Positions 12,526 to 39,668 of a stretch of 64,000 nucleotides of DNA are shown piece after piece (within the stretch, counting starts at the first letter, position 1; every line of letters starts with the position of its first letter). A program made the translations under genes and the position numbers. The notes under the pieces are model-generated. The model was not told where the DNA came from and ran no database searches. It saw nothing but the letters and a program-made list of their open reading frames with translations. This DNA is from Amoebidium appalachense. Taxonomy: Eukaryota > Protista > Ichthyosporea. The DNA lies in the NCBI GenBank assembly GCA_963693365.1, contig CAVNZM010000012.1:5902889-5966888 (forward strand), given 5' to 3'.

Positions 12526-12568
12526 AACTGAACTTAGGTGGGTCAACCCGTCTTGATCAAAGACGAGC
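12526..12568 (-). repeat. 43-bp dispersed repeat with a stem-loop, copy A
   Basis: AACTGAACTTAGGTGGGTCAACCCGTCTTGATCAAAGACGAGC matches 44376-44418 at 41/43 positions and contains the hairpin CGTCTT-GATCA-AAGACG. Confidence 0.85.
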
Positions 12569-13183
12569 AGGGTTGCTTATGCAAGCAAGGTGAGCAAAAC
12601 GGTGAAGATGTGTGTGCAAACTAATGCCGTGCAGCGAAAAACGCGTATGTGCTTACAGATGCACGACACAGAGCAACCATGCCCGGTTGCATGGAAGTAA
12701 AGATGTGGGTGTAAGGGGTCATATGCATGGTGTCTATGTTTTTTGAGAGGTGCCCGGGGAGGGGAGTGGAGCGGGGTTAGGATCTGTTATTACTCTGTAA
12801 GAGTACACATCATTAGCGGGGTGGGTGGGGGGGGGGGGGGGGGGGGTCAGGGTCTGGACGGTGCACAATCGAGTGCTGTGAGAGCATGAGTATGTGTGCG
12901 AGAGTGCATGCCAAGGCATGCGTCCGCATGTGTAAATCTGGGGGGGAGAAGCAGGGGTGGGGGAAGGGGGGGGGGGGGGGAGGAAGGGGGGAGGAGAAGG
13001 GGAAAGGGGGGAGGTAGAGAGATTGTGGGTGAATGAGCATATGGGTCACGGCGAATGGATTCAATTTGTGTGGTGTGTTTTTTTGTGTCTGTGCTCCGTT
13101 TTTATTGGCCACGGGTTTTTTTTTGTTTTTTTTGTGGGTGTGGGTGTGGGTGTGGGTGTGGGTTGGTGGGTGGGTGGGTGGGT

Positions 13184-13226
<43 letters not shown>

Positions 13227-13436
13227 ATCGAGCTCGGTATCTGATAGGTGACACAGTGAGGGAAAAAAAAAAAAAAAAAACTGCTACGTTGCAGATTGTA
13301 TATCCAAACCAATCCTTGTGTACAGTTAACCTTCACAGACCTTATTATATGCACCACTGTGCATGCATGCGTGTTCATTCGCATGAATTCAGCTAAGTCT
13401 TCCACCGCCATCCACGGGGCACGGTGCCACACACCC

Positions 13437-15560
<2,124 letters not shown>

Positions 15561-16401
15561 GGTGGCTTTTAGAAGTTCAAAAAGGAGAGAAGGGGGTGGA
15601 AAAAAAGGCAGGGATTGGTAAAGTGAGCGGTGTGTTTTCCCACAACCAGTGGTTCTATATGCGAGGTAAATGTTTTTTGTGGCCTTTGTTAGTTATCTGT
15701 TAGTCGGCGGCAGGGTCAGGTCAGGTGAACCTTCAAAGAGTGGTACACAGCTGTCTGTACCTGCAGGCCTAACTCAAAAAAAAAAACACCTAGCTGCTTC
15801 ACCGTGCTCTTCGATGTTTTTGGCTGCCGTTTCAGTTGACTCCGACAATATTCGTATACTGATAGCTCAATTACAACCACCCCGACATTCATATGTACCT
15901 AGCTGCAAACTTTTTGTGAGGCAATTCTCCGTGTGTCTCTGTCGTTTGTTTGGCCAGAGTGACCTTGAAGCTTTGGCCATGATTCATTATGACGTCATCA
16001 AGCTATCCATTGGGTACAGATAAGCAAATAGCCATATTAGGCTATAGATTAGTCCTTGCCGATTCGCGAACTTTTGACTGCTTCCCTTTTTCTTGGACAA
16101 AGCCTTGGACTGGGTCTCAGTTTCACCAAGCTTTCACGAACACTTACAATAGAATACGTACGCTTTGAAACTACTTACCGTTTCAGGTTATTGAAGCCGT
16201 CTAATTACGAGAGATGTGGCTTCGATTCTGCTAGGGCTGCACTGTATACCTGCGAGCTAAGAGCACAACTAACCTCCTTTTGTCTGTTGTACATACGCTA
16301 AACATCTAAACCCGCGCTTTTACGTGGCCTAGTGGCACTTGAGCTTTTCGCTTTCTTCAGCTCTAGTCCTCCCTTTTCACTACAGCTCTTTCATTTCAAG
16401 T
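15561..16401. promoter_or_regulatory. Probable bidirectional promoter between the SMIM12-like and HAX1-like genes
   Basis: Divergent start codons ~840 bp apart. The region is free of simple repeats and has a central palindromic CRE ATGACGTCAT (15989-15998) and ATTGG boxes. Confidence 0.6.
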
Positions 16402-17419
16402 ATGGCCTGGTTTCCAGGTTCAGGGCAAGGGAATGGCGGTTTTGGCCATGGGGCACCCTTTGGCGGCCTTTTTGACCGCTTGCTGAACGACTTCTTTGCT
16501 GATGGGTTCCGTGAGTTTGAAGAGATGCAGAGAAGGATGGAGCAGGAAATTAGATCCCTGCAGGGGGGTTTTGAGGAGATGCAGACCCAGCCACCAGCAG
16601 AGGTGAGGGGGTTGGTGTGTATACCTGTGGGTGGGTGGGTGGTGGTTTTGTATGTGTGTTTTTGTTTTTTGGGTGTGTTTTTTTGAGGGGAAGGCAGAAG
16701 GGAGGGAAGGGGGGGGGAGGGGGAGGGGCTCATGGGTGGGGGCCATGGGAGATCTCGAGTTGGTGGTCGATACTGAGGGCGTGGGTGAAAGGAAAGGGGA
16801 GTGGAAGATGAACAGGTTTGGTTGCTGGGTTGCTTGTATGTACCAAGTATGTATGTGTGCGTGTGTGCGTACGTGTGTGTGTGTGTGTGAGTTCGCACGC
16901 CCGCGCATATGGGCCTGTGCGTGGCGTGCTTTCTTGTGTGTGGCCTTGCAGCATGCGCATGCTTTTTCCCATTTTGTGCACGCCAACATCCTGCATACCT
17001 TCATATGCTACTTATATGATGGAAGTTTTTTACAATCAGCGCCATAACTCTTTCGTTGGTATTCCTTTCGCGCCAGACTTTACCTACCATCTGTGACAAG
17101 TGTTGCTGCAGGGCCAGCAGTCATTACGTAAGCGCATGTTGGTGGGCCCAGGAGAAGGCCTACCCCATGGACCGACAGGGCAGACGCCTAGACAGCAGCT
17201 GCTGACGGACGACAACACACTGACCATGGACAACAGCACACACGCATACTATGACAGCCCACAGGAGGAAGAAAAAAAGAACACGGAGGCTCCAAAGAAT
17301 GGATGGTATGTGCTGTAATACCTCTTGTTTCGTTGTTTCCTTCTTCCTTTTCCTTCCCTTTTTTCTGTTTGTGTTTATTGTTTGTTGGTTAAAAAAAAAA
17401 AGGGGGGGGGGGGGGGGGG

Positions 17420-17456
<37 letters not shown>

Positions 17457-17492
17457 CAAGAGAGGTCGATGGGTTTTTTTTGTTGTCGTTAT

Positions 17493-17536
<44 letters not shown>

Positions 17537-17727
17537 GGGGGGGGGGGGCAAGGGCAGAAAAGTAGCACTTGAGTTAATGTGACATGTGTTTTCCTGGAAT
17601 TTTTTTTTGATCCCTAGATTTTTAGTTTTTCATTTATTGTTTTTCTTTCTTTCTTTTTTCTTTCGTTCTTTTTTTTTTCTTTCGTTCTTTCTTTTCTTTT
17701 CTTTTCTTTTTTTTTTCTTTTCTTTTT

Positions 17728-17789
<62 letters not shown>

Positions 17790-19381
17790 CTGGTGGGTGT
17801 TCGAGTCGTTTTATGTGTAAGTTCTACTTTCCAACACATTCTACCCCCCTCCCCCCACCATGCAGGCTGACTCTCTGGTCCAACATCGATATGGACGAAG
17901 ATAGACCCAGTCAGTGGGACATGCAACAGCCACCACCACCACAACAACAACAACAACCCACCGTGCAATCTTTTTCTTCTTCTTCCTCCACGTTTTCGAG
18001 CGGGGGTAACGGCACGTTTGAGAGCAAACGAACGGTGAGTGATGCCCAGGGAAACGTGGAGATTACGGTGACCAAACGGACAGGTAGGTGGGTTGTGGTG
18101 GGTTAAAGAAAATGATAAGAATGATGTGTGCTGGTATGTTGGGGATCGAAGGTGTGATGGTTTTGGTGGTATTAGCTGTTCTGTATGCGACTTGGGCAAT
18201 TTTTTTTTTTTTGGAGGGGGGGGGGGGGGAGGGGGCGGCGGGGGGGGGGGGGGGGGGGGGGGGGGAGATGTTAGGTATGTAGTTGGCCTGCGCAGATCGT
18301 TGGGGGTGGTGTGGGTGTACTGTTGTAGGCAGTTTATGAAGGTTCGGAGGAGGCACATGTGTTTTTGTTGAAGGAAGGGGGAGGAGGATGGAGAGAAGGC
18401 AAAGGGGGGGGGGGGGGGGGGGGGGAGAGTTAAAGATAATGTGTGTGTGTGTGTGTTTTTGTGTGTGTGTATGTGTGCGTGTGTTGGGGGGAGAGGGGGG
18501 AGGGGGGAAGACAGGCAGGCTAAATATAGATAATTGTTAACTGTGTGTGTGTGAGAGAGAGAGACAGAGATAAGGAAGGGAGATAGGGATTGTTACTGTC
18601 AGTACTTCCTAACCGTATGTGTGTGGCAGGCAACCAGGAGACCACCGTGGTGACCAAACGGAGGGCAGACGGCACAGAGGAGAGGACAGAGCGCATGGTC
18701 GATTTGAGCACAGGCCAGATGGTGGTACCTGGTAAGGGCCAATCAATTCCAAGACATGGGCTGCTTACGGGAGGTAGGTAGGGGGATTGGGATATAGACG
18801 TGGAATGGGTTTTTACGGGCAGGTGGAATTCGCTTACACATTTATGTATGACGTGTTGTGGGCATGTGAGATTTATTCACACATTCGTGTAATATGAAAT
18901 TGCGGGTATGTAGATAGCATTGCACATTATAGTAAGGTGTATGGGCGTGCTTGTAAGATGCACGGGAATGCCGAATGGATTACACTGCATTTTACCGGGG
19001 ACATACGAATAAGTTTGCGTGTCATGATACATGCACTACATTTTACACAAATACCCCCCCCCCCCCCCCCCCCCCCCATCCCCTTACAACCACTCACACA
19101 CGAAGAGGACATGTCGAGGGATGCGCGGCATGGAAAGGGCCGGGGGGGGGGGGGGGGGGAGGAGAGAGGGGGGGGGGGGGGGAGAGCAGTAGACAAACGG
19201 AAACGATTGTGATTACGGACAGAGCTGAGAGTGCAAACTTACTACAAGGTTAATGTCGAAAAGTGAAAGCAGAAACATAAGGCCAGCATGCATGGGTCTA
19301 ACTTTTATATGTGCAGGTCCAATTGATGGGGCCCAGGGGAACAGCGGGTGGTTGGCGTGGCTGTGGGGCCGTGGACGGTGA
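16402..19381 (+). CDS. HAX1: HAX1-like (HCLS1-associated protein X-1) protein, 5 exons
   Basis: Exons 16402-16602, 17112-17305, 17866-18083, 18630-18731, 19317-19381 with consistent GT-AG phases. GQQSLRKRML resembles HAX1 GQTLRDSML; SFSSSSS..NGTFESKRTVSDAQGNVEITVTKRTG resembles [23 protein letters not shown]; the protein ends in an aromatic/basic tail WLAWLWGRGR*. Confidence 0.75.
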
Positions 19382-19993
19382 TTGGACAATGTGAGGAGAT
19401 AAGAGGTGTGGGTTGGGTACTGTAGGCATGTATGGTGGGTTGTGCTGGCTTATATGAATATAGATGTTGTGGGAAATGTGTGGCTGCACACACACACACA
19501 CACACGCATGCACGGGCGCAAAGAAGTGTCTGTGTAGTACATACATCCACGTGTAGCACATACATCCACTTGAACACGGACATGCATGCGCCTACGCGTA
19601 CACGCACAGACACACGCACGCACACACACACACATTTTTAATTCCAGTGGGTGCCTTTCGTATTCTTCTGAGTGTTCAGTTTGCCTGCTTGTGCCTCGTG
19701 CCTTTTTGGTTACACCTTGGATTTGTATTATAGCACACGTAGTTTTAGTTTGCTTTATATCATGATATTAATGACGAAGCAACCCACTTTTCCCATCATG
19801 TGGCATATTGCGACATATTATTGTGTTTGGTTGACTATGTGCATGGTGTGTGTACATGTACTGGTTAGTGGCTGTGGTGTCGCCTTAAGGATGCAAAGTA
19901 AACATATGTATGGACACTGGTGTCATTGTCAAGTGCAGCTACAACTCCGGTTTGTAGAGGCTGTATACGTTGCAAAAGACCTGAGACCCCCCC

Positions 19994-20024
<31 letters not shown>

Positions 20025-20143
20025 AAAAAAACACCACCACCACCACCACACCCCCAAAGGCCTCCTCTCTTCTTCCTTCTCCCCATTTCAAGTTGTTGCA
20101 GATTGTGTACGTCTAATCTGCATACCTTGATCAAACGGCATTC

Positions 20144-20297
20144 CGTTGTTCATTTTGATTCAAATGTTTGTTCATTTTGATTCAAATAGTTGTTCATTTT
20201 GATTCAAATGGTTGTTCATTTTGATTCAAATGGTTGTTCATTTTGATTCAAATGGTTGTTCATTTTGTTCAAATGGTTGTTCATTTTGATTCAAATG
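20144..20297 (+). repeat. 22-bp tandem minisatellite (GTTGTTCATTTTGATTCAAATG) x ~7
   Basis: Direct reading of tandem units; each contains the quasi-palindrome CATTTTGATTCAAATG. Confidence 0.9.
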
Positions 20298-21154
20298 CCG
20301 TGTATAGTGTTACATCCCCCCCCCCCCCCCCCCCCCCCCCCCCCGTCCCCTCCCTTGCCCTCCTCCTCCCCCTCGCCCACTGGAATTGTGTTACACATTC
20401 GTTAATCACACGTTAGATAATCTACTACATTATGTGCCAGTTTATTTTCTGGGGTGCCACATATATGCACACTGCCAATACATCGAGTCACCTTATAAGA
20501 TCAAAAGATCACGTCACATAATTTGCCGTATCGATCTCAGCCTTTGTCGGGCTCGCGCGATAAATATGCATTCACATGGATGAACATCTTGTTCAGCTTG
20601 TATTCCAGCATTATCCCCCCCCCCCCCCCCCTCCCCACCCGCCCTACACACACATACACACACACCTACCCACCCATCCCAAGGCCAGGCACTACCTATA
20701 GTGGTCCAGTCATTCAATTGAAACATGTCCGTGCAAATTATTAATTGAATTTATGAATCGAAGTTCTGACCCCATTTGGTACAACACGGATCATGAGGTT
20801 ACAGCTACAAGAGCACCTTAAGTGCTCTAAATACTATGCTGCTGGTTTTCGTGCACAGCCAAATTTTTAAATTCAAATATCACGGGGTGGTGGTGCCCTC
20901 CGCCCTCCCACAATACCCCCACACCCGTGTGCCTGTTTAACCACACGCACACGCACAAACACAAGCACCTTCCTTCAGTGTGTGATACCAGTAACATACA
21001 TACATACCTAGGCCTACACACTTGTCCATTCCCAAGTATAAATCTACACACGAACATGTGCAATTAGTCTCCAAATACACGGACCTACTCATGCACGTCA
21101 ACACATGTCATGCATATGGCTCCACTAATGTACGTCCACGTACGTATGGCTTCA

Positions 21155-21277
21155 CACATGCACACGACACATGCGCACGTGAAACATAAACACATGCACA
21201 CGACACATGCACAAATGCACGTGAAACATAAACACATGCACACGACACATGCACAAATGCACGTGAAACATAAACAC
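21155..21277 (+). repeat. ~42-bp tandem repeat x ~3 just downstream of the MFSD11 stop
   Basis: Repeated CACATGCACACGACACATGCACAAATGCACGTGAAACATAAA. Confidence 0.8.
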
Positions 21278-21293
21278 GTGTGTGCACGCGCAC

Positions 21294-32469
<11,176 letters not shown>

Positions 32470-34127
32470 CTTGTCGATGCGGTGCCCTACTTCGGCACGA
32501 ACATAGGCTACGTTGGCAGATCAAGGTGGTTGTGGATGGGTTGCTGCGTATGGAGCTGACTGGTCCTGCAAGTATAGGCAGTAGGCTGCTCTATTCACTC
32601 AATGGATAATAATCAAAACGATAAACTCTCTATAGTACGTAAATCGCAAAAGCAAATATTATACTACCCACAGAACTTCGTTGTTCCGAAGAACCTACAC
32701 ACCCATGTCATATGTCTGGCAGAAGTGGATAAGGGGTCCCGGCCGGACGGTCACCGGGTCCGGTCGGTCACCGGGTCACCGGGTCCTATGGCACGGCACA
32801 CAGCGTTGTGGCTCACTCAAAGCACTGATTGGTTTACACAGCACCAGATGACGTAAGCATCGCATTCCTTACAAAAGCGAGCCAATCGGGTGCGCCCATC
32901 GGGCTGAAAAACCTCGGGTGTTGCACCCCACTGCTTGCCAAAGTTTTGGGTCTGATGGGGTTCCAAGCGGCTTGGCAGTACACGTGCGCATGGTACTACG
33001 ATGGAACTGCAGGAAAAGGCTGCCTCTGCATTCAATTTGCCTGTTCATATTGTTTTTCGTCTTCTTAAAAAACAAAAACTCATCACTGAAGGTGTGCATA
33101 TGGCATTTGTAGAAAACGTCGAATAGATCGTCGATTGCGCATTTGCGGTATCAGCATTTTCGTCCGACATGTAAAGTATTTATCTAAAGCCGGCTATAGT
33201 ATAGGCAGCTTTGGTTTTGTCCTATAAAAAATATGCACGTGCATGCATAAATTATCCTAACTCGCATGCACAAACTTGTACAGTACTACTGAATACACGA
33301 GCGCTAATACAGCACATCATGACACCCGCACGCACGCACACACCCACACACATGCACGCACACACAGGCATATATGAACGAGAAAACAAAAGGAGTGTGA
33401 GCTGAGAAGTGCTACTAACTTGTTCTGTGTGTCTCAGGCACAGCGAAACATTCATCATTTATCAGAATATGATAGATAAAAAAAGCCTCAATTTCTGTGT
33501 GGAGGGTAAAATTCTAGGAGTTGCCGAGGCAGTCGGGGAAGACAGGATATTAAACCCAAGAGGGGGGGGGGGGGGGGGGGGGGGAGGGGGGGGGGGGGGG
33601 GGGGTGGGGGGTGGGGGGATGGCCATTTGACTTCCGGATTACAACTTAGACGAGTGTGGCACCTAACACGATTCTCAAAGGAATGGCGTTGATTAGTTTG
33701 GAATCCAGTTAACGCTGTGTGCGTGTGTGCCACAAGTCGGGAGAAAGAGTGTGGGCCAGGATGAGATTGCGAGTGTGGTATACTTGCTGCAGTGCGTGCG
33801 CATGAAGCTTTTTGTACCTGTGTGTGTCTGTGTCTGCATGTGCACAAATTTTTGTATTTGTGTTGGGGGTGAAGGGGGGGGGGGGAGGGGGGGGGGGGGG
33901 AGACATTCACAAATTCAGATGCGTGTTTTGTGCATGCGCATATTATGAGCTGTGATTCGGATCATTAAAGGCACTGTTGGCTACCGTGGCAGGGTAGCCT
34001 ATGTTTACCGATAGGCTCACAACAGCTTAACCAGATACAATATTATACGACCTTTGGAAATCTCTCGTGCGCACTTTCTATAAGCAGGAAACAGAACTTG
34101 AAACCAATGGTGCACCTAGTTTTGCTT

Positions 34128-34177
<50 letters not shown>

Positions 34178-35100
34178 CCCTCTCGAGCTACCTCCTTTCC
34201 TCCCCGCTGGGCATCTGTGGCGGGCTGGAGCACTAGGTAAACGTTGCGTGTGTGGCACGAATCATTGTCAAAGTCTTAGCTGCTCCAGCAGAAAATCCGC
34301 GAACCTCTCTAATAATACCTATTCGTTTGCAATTGTGAGCTGATATCATTTCACTGAAAGGTGGTGATGGTGGTCTGAACAGTGGCGGTGGTTGCTGAAG
34401 ACAAAACTCTACTATTGAATACTCCATAGTGGACGTGAACTTCTGAGTGGAGTGATGTAATTTAGTTGTGCTGTCTGAAGTGGCTTCCAGTGCACGTGGG
34501 TGGTGCCGGCACCAGGAGGCCCAGGTTTGCCGGTGGTGTGGGGGATTTTTGAATTTGTAATGGGGAGGGGAGTCGTAAATATCGACGTCCCCTCTGGTGG
34601 TACCCCCCTCTCCCCCTCTGAAAGGGGGGAGGGGGAAGGACCCCCCCTTCGAATTCCCGGGGGGCGGGTGGGTCCCCCCGAGGCTTCCCCCCCCGTCCCT
34701 AAGGTAGCCGCAGGGGGTGGGTGGGACTCCCCCCCCCCCCCCCCCCCCCGGGCCCCCTTCCCGGCGGGAGGGAACCACCTGGCCAAGTGGGGTGGTGGGT
34801 CCCCCCCCCCCCCCCCCCCCCTCCCCCCCCCCCCCCCCCCCCGCCGCCCCCCCGATAGAATCGAATCCCCCCCTCCTCCCCCCCCCCCCCCCGCATGCGC
34901 GTAGTCCGGGTATTATTTAATAGCCTCTTTTCCACCCACCAAAAAGGAGTATTCGTTACTTTTTTTTTCTTTTTTTTTTCCCCCGTTTTGGAGCATATGC
35001 CTCCGTTTTGGTCACTCTAACACATATCCCCCTAATCCCCCCCCCCCCCCCCAAAAAAAAAAAAAAAAAAAAAAAAAAAACACACTTGCGCGTGTGCGCA

Positions 35101-35154
<54 letters not shown>

Positions 35155-35165
35155 TTTTTTTTATT

Positions 35166-35287
35166 TTATCCCGTTTTGTTCCCGGAGGTACCCCTAGGGG
35201 CCCTCAGGGGGAACTACCGTCTTCCACCCAGCACCGACAGTACTCTAGCTAAGGTGCTACGATGCTATTAGCTAAAACTAACACACC
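35166..35287 (-). repeat. ~125-bp dispersed repeat, copy B (inverted relative to 3899-4022)
   Basis: Reverse-complement match to 3899-4022; the A-rich end abuts a (TG)n run on the minus strand. Confidence 0.8.
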
Positions 35288-35378
35288 TACTAGTAACAGT
35301 CCTAACTATATGTACACACTTTGCCCAGGGTATCAACCCCAGCCACGCCGGTCACACACACACACGCACACGCACACG

Positions 35379-35436
<58 letters not shown>

Positions 35437-36116
35437 CACACACGCACACACACACACACACTTCCCACCCGTACGCGTTCGTGCCCGGGGAGGGGGGGGG
35501 GGGGGGGGGGAGGGGAAGATGGGGAGGGGGGGGGGAGGGGGAGGGGTAAGTATGGCCGCACGGCATATATCGTGAGTTTCAGGTGATCAAGGAATCCTAT
35601 TACGTAGTTAGCCTCAATGTCATCATTACGGTTTGGAGTGTATGTAAACCACTGCTGATAATAGTACTATTATGTGACCAGGTTATCTAGATCTGATATA
35701 TGTAGTTACATTATGGAAGCCTGTATAGGGTGGGTGGCGGAGGGGGGGGGGGGGGGGGGGGAGGAGGGAGGGGGCCGGGGGGGACCCACCTCTCTATGGC
35801 CAGAGGAAAGGGTGGGTCCCCGCCCCGCCAAAGTTATTACTACCTCCCTCCTCGAATTTGATTTTTTTAATAAATAAAAAAAATGGTTTCAATGATTTAA
35901 ACTAGGGCCTCAGACTCAGTCTGCAAAAATTTGTAAGTCTTGAAAACTTGAAAGAAACTAAACTTTGACAACCGTATTAATATCTGGAATTTCAAATCTA
36001 GATGTAGGACATCAAATACACCCAGATCCTCACACAAAAACACACAACACAAAAACCACAACCCATGACCCTCCAACCGTAGGCAGAAATGTGCCACAAC
36101 GTCACAGCACAACCAG

Positions 36117-36149
<33 letters not shown>

Positions 36150-36917
36150 ACGTACCATTACCACCACCACCACCACCACCACCACCACCCACCCACCCAC
36201 CCATCCACCAAACCACCGTGCACTTTCACGGCTTGTCCCAAATGCAGGCACACACCGGAAAATTACTAGAGCGCAACCAACTAGCGCAACCCACAACACC
36301 CATATTGACAAATAGCAGCCACCACCACACTGCACAACATGACACACACACCCCACCACCCCCAACCGCACAGCCCCACCACACCACGTTTAGACCCCCC
36401 TCACCCCACATGGGACATTTCGAAACCGAACCCCCCTAGGCTTTGAAATCTTTGAAAATTGGCACAAGCCCCTCCCCCCCTCCTCCCCTCCCCCCCCCCC
36501 CCCCCCCCCCCCCCCTTCCCCCCGGGCCCCCTCCCCCTCTCCCTTCGGGCCCTTAGAATGTCTATTTGGCATTTAGCCCCAACCTTCTGCTTTGTACATG
36601 TTTGTTTGACGGGCCCAGTCTATAGAATGTAGGTATATATTGTTAACGTTCCTGGGGCCGGTACAAACCAAAACTGCAGTGCTGAATATGACCGGAATAT
36701 AAAACTTGTGATTTGACAAAAACGAAAGCTTGTTTCAAAATCAATTATCCCTTAATTGGCCCGGGACCAGGAGGGGGGGGGGGGGAGGGGGGGGGGGAGG
36801 GGGGGGGGGGGGGGGGAGGGAGCCGGGGGGGCCGGGGGGAGGGGAAAGGAGCCGTGTGCGTGTGTCTGTACGCGCGCGTGTGTGTGTGTGTATACATGTG
36901 TGTGTGTGTGTGCGCGC

Positions 36918-37046
<129 letters not shown>

Positions 37047-37671
37047 GTGTGTGCGGGTGCATCACACATCAGATTCGAGCATGTAAGTCAAGTATTCGGA
37101 CCATCATGATCATGTGCATGACCGGAGGCTGTCGCGGTGCGCGTATGCATGCAAGCTTTTCGGAGGCCCGCCGGGGGAATCTGTTAGCTGGTCATCTGGC
37201 GCTACATATTACAGATGATTAAAACAAACAAGCAGTGCGTTCTCTTTTTGGCCAACTGGGGTGCAGGGATGGGGGCTTTTGCAGCATTGCCAGTGGGTGA
37301 GACACGAGACGATTTACATACATGTATGTATGATGAGGTGGAAGCAGGGTCACGTGCACGTGACACATATGGTGCCACGTGCACGTTTCCGGCCATTGTC
37401 ACGGGGTTCGAAACGTTATTTTTTAGGTGACAACTTGTTGAATGGAAATAACAAAGGAGACCCGTACCTATATATATCGCAACCAATATATTTACAAATA
37501 AATTTGTGCAAGCAATACTACTTATAATTAGGCTATCCAGCCCGGATGGCTGTTTCTTGCTTCAGCTGTGCAAGTCACTCAAAAGTTCTAGCCCTCGTCG
37601 ACAGTCGAAATACTGCATACCAAGAAGGATGCAATCCTAACCAATAGGAGTAAATCGCGGCTACACTTTCC

Positions 37672-37762
37672 CAGGGTTCGAAGTAACGGAAAAAATCGGA
37701 TTTTCCGATATTTGAAAACACAGTTCCGAAAATCGTCCCGGCCGAATCGGAACGCCCAAGAG

Positions 37763-37811
<49 letters not shown>

Positions 37812-38000
37812 CCCCCGGGGGGGGGGGAAGCTTCTCATGACTTCGCAGGTCTCATCATACACGGGGCAAACACCACCCACACAAGCTGCACACGTACGTA
37901 CGTGTCCCCCTGTCCCTGTAGAATGTTCAATGGCAGACCCTGACTACAGCGCCAGCCTAGCACATGTACATGTTGTCACACCAAACACATTTAACACCCA

Positions 38001-38045
<45 letters not shown>

Positions 38046-39207
38046 TCACATACACACAGCCGTGACAGCACATATTCATCATAGCCATGCATGGCCACAT
38101 GAACATACAATGCATATGCCTGCGCATGTATATATATATATAGGCCGGCCTCCACTTCAAAACTTTCCCCCCCCCCTAGAAATCGAACCCCATTCCCCCC
38201 TCCTCCGCTGCCCACCGTTCCCTCCACCAGTGCTGCCCCTCCTTCTCCCCCACCGCCGCTCCGGCCTCACCCCCCCCCCCCCCTCAATGGCAGGCGGATC
38301 CCCCCCCCCCCCCCCCCCCCCCCCCCACTAGTGAGCTCCCCCCGGCCCCGGGCCCCCCCCCCTTCCCCCCAGGAAGGCCTAAATATGGAATGGATCTAGA
38401 TGCTCAGAGTCGACGGCCACCAGGTGCAGGTGCCACGTGTATCACGATCAGTGGCACGCGTCTTAAATGGCAGGCAATACACACACTGTGCAGCTCAACA
38501 AAATAGAAGCCATCGAGATATCACCGATATCTCGGAGAAGAAAATGCAAAAGCCCTCACTCTCGGATACGGAGGAGATAACGATCTAAATAATCATACAC
38601 CCTAGAAAGCTCGTTAAACATACCGTGGTTCAACAGCGGCTTGTGTTCCGTTCAAAGACACACATGCACATACATACACAGCCGTGACACCACACATGTG
38701 ACCTAGTAGGCTAGCACACGTGCACGTGCACAGGCACATACTATCTCAGATCATGATAACTGTATTACAAACGTGCACATGCATCCATCATGTACAATCA
38801 CATGCTATGCACCCACACAGGAACTAGATACATATGCACACATAGTATATATCCTCATATACACTGGCACTGCCGCACATATGTGTAAGAGGACGTGACC
38901 GTACGTATATACGTAGACAAAATTATATATATTGTGCATTAATGCACTTCATATTTCCCTTCTATTCTTTCAAAACTTCAACTGCCAACACCAGGAAGGC
39001 CTCTAATAACCACAGGGGTTTTTGAGTATGCATTATAATTACATTTTGATGCAATATGGGCACAAATAAGCATGCCCTAGTTTACTGATGCGCGACGATT
39101 ACGATTTTTGGTGGGCCTGCTCCGACGGAGCATTCCGATTTTCGAAGAGGTTTTCCGAAGCGGGATTTCGACTTCCGTTAATTGGCTCCACCGTCCTTCG
39201 AACCCTG
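37672..39207. mobile_element. Non-autonomous hAT-like DNA transposon, 1536 bp
   Basis: Perfect 12-bp TIRs CAGGGTTCGAAG / CTTCGAACCCTG and 8-bp TSD CACTTTCC (37664-37671 and 39208-39215). Subterminal TTCCGA/TCGGA repeats at both ends; no transposase ORF. Confidence 0.9.
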
Positions 39208-39668
39208 CACTTTCCATTAAATTTATTGCTCTGGAATGCATACTCTAGGAGGGGTAAATTTTCCTGTGTCAAAACATCGACTCTCCAGAGTCTCAGTAAA
39301 GGCTTCTAAATGACTACTCTCAGGCTATTTTTTTTATTTTGTACGTTTGCCATTATTATTTTCCAATATCAAACCATAAGCTCAAGGAATAAGATTAAAC
39401 AGGATTTAAACCATCCAAAAAATATATCAATTTTATTTTTGCAGGCTTGCCAGGCAAGCTTGCCCCGTTTCCCTTGGCGAACCTTCCGTCCGGCGCAAAA
39501 ACCGCATTTTACATCGCTCCACTGCACGTCGTTGCGGAAAACACAAAAAGGAGCAGCACTCAGCAGCACTCACGCCCAGACTCACCCAGACACGAATCAG
39601 TCCGCGCAGCCTTTTGACGTGTTGTTAGTCTCCTCACGTGTTATAGACAACGCAAATTTAACATAACC

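Noticed and set aside
32735-32797. GGTCACCGG repeats ending in CCTATG, resembling a P-type right terminus
   Set aside because: No matching left end or 8-bp TSD was found in the window.
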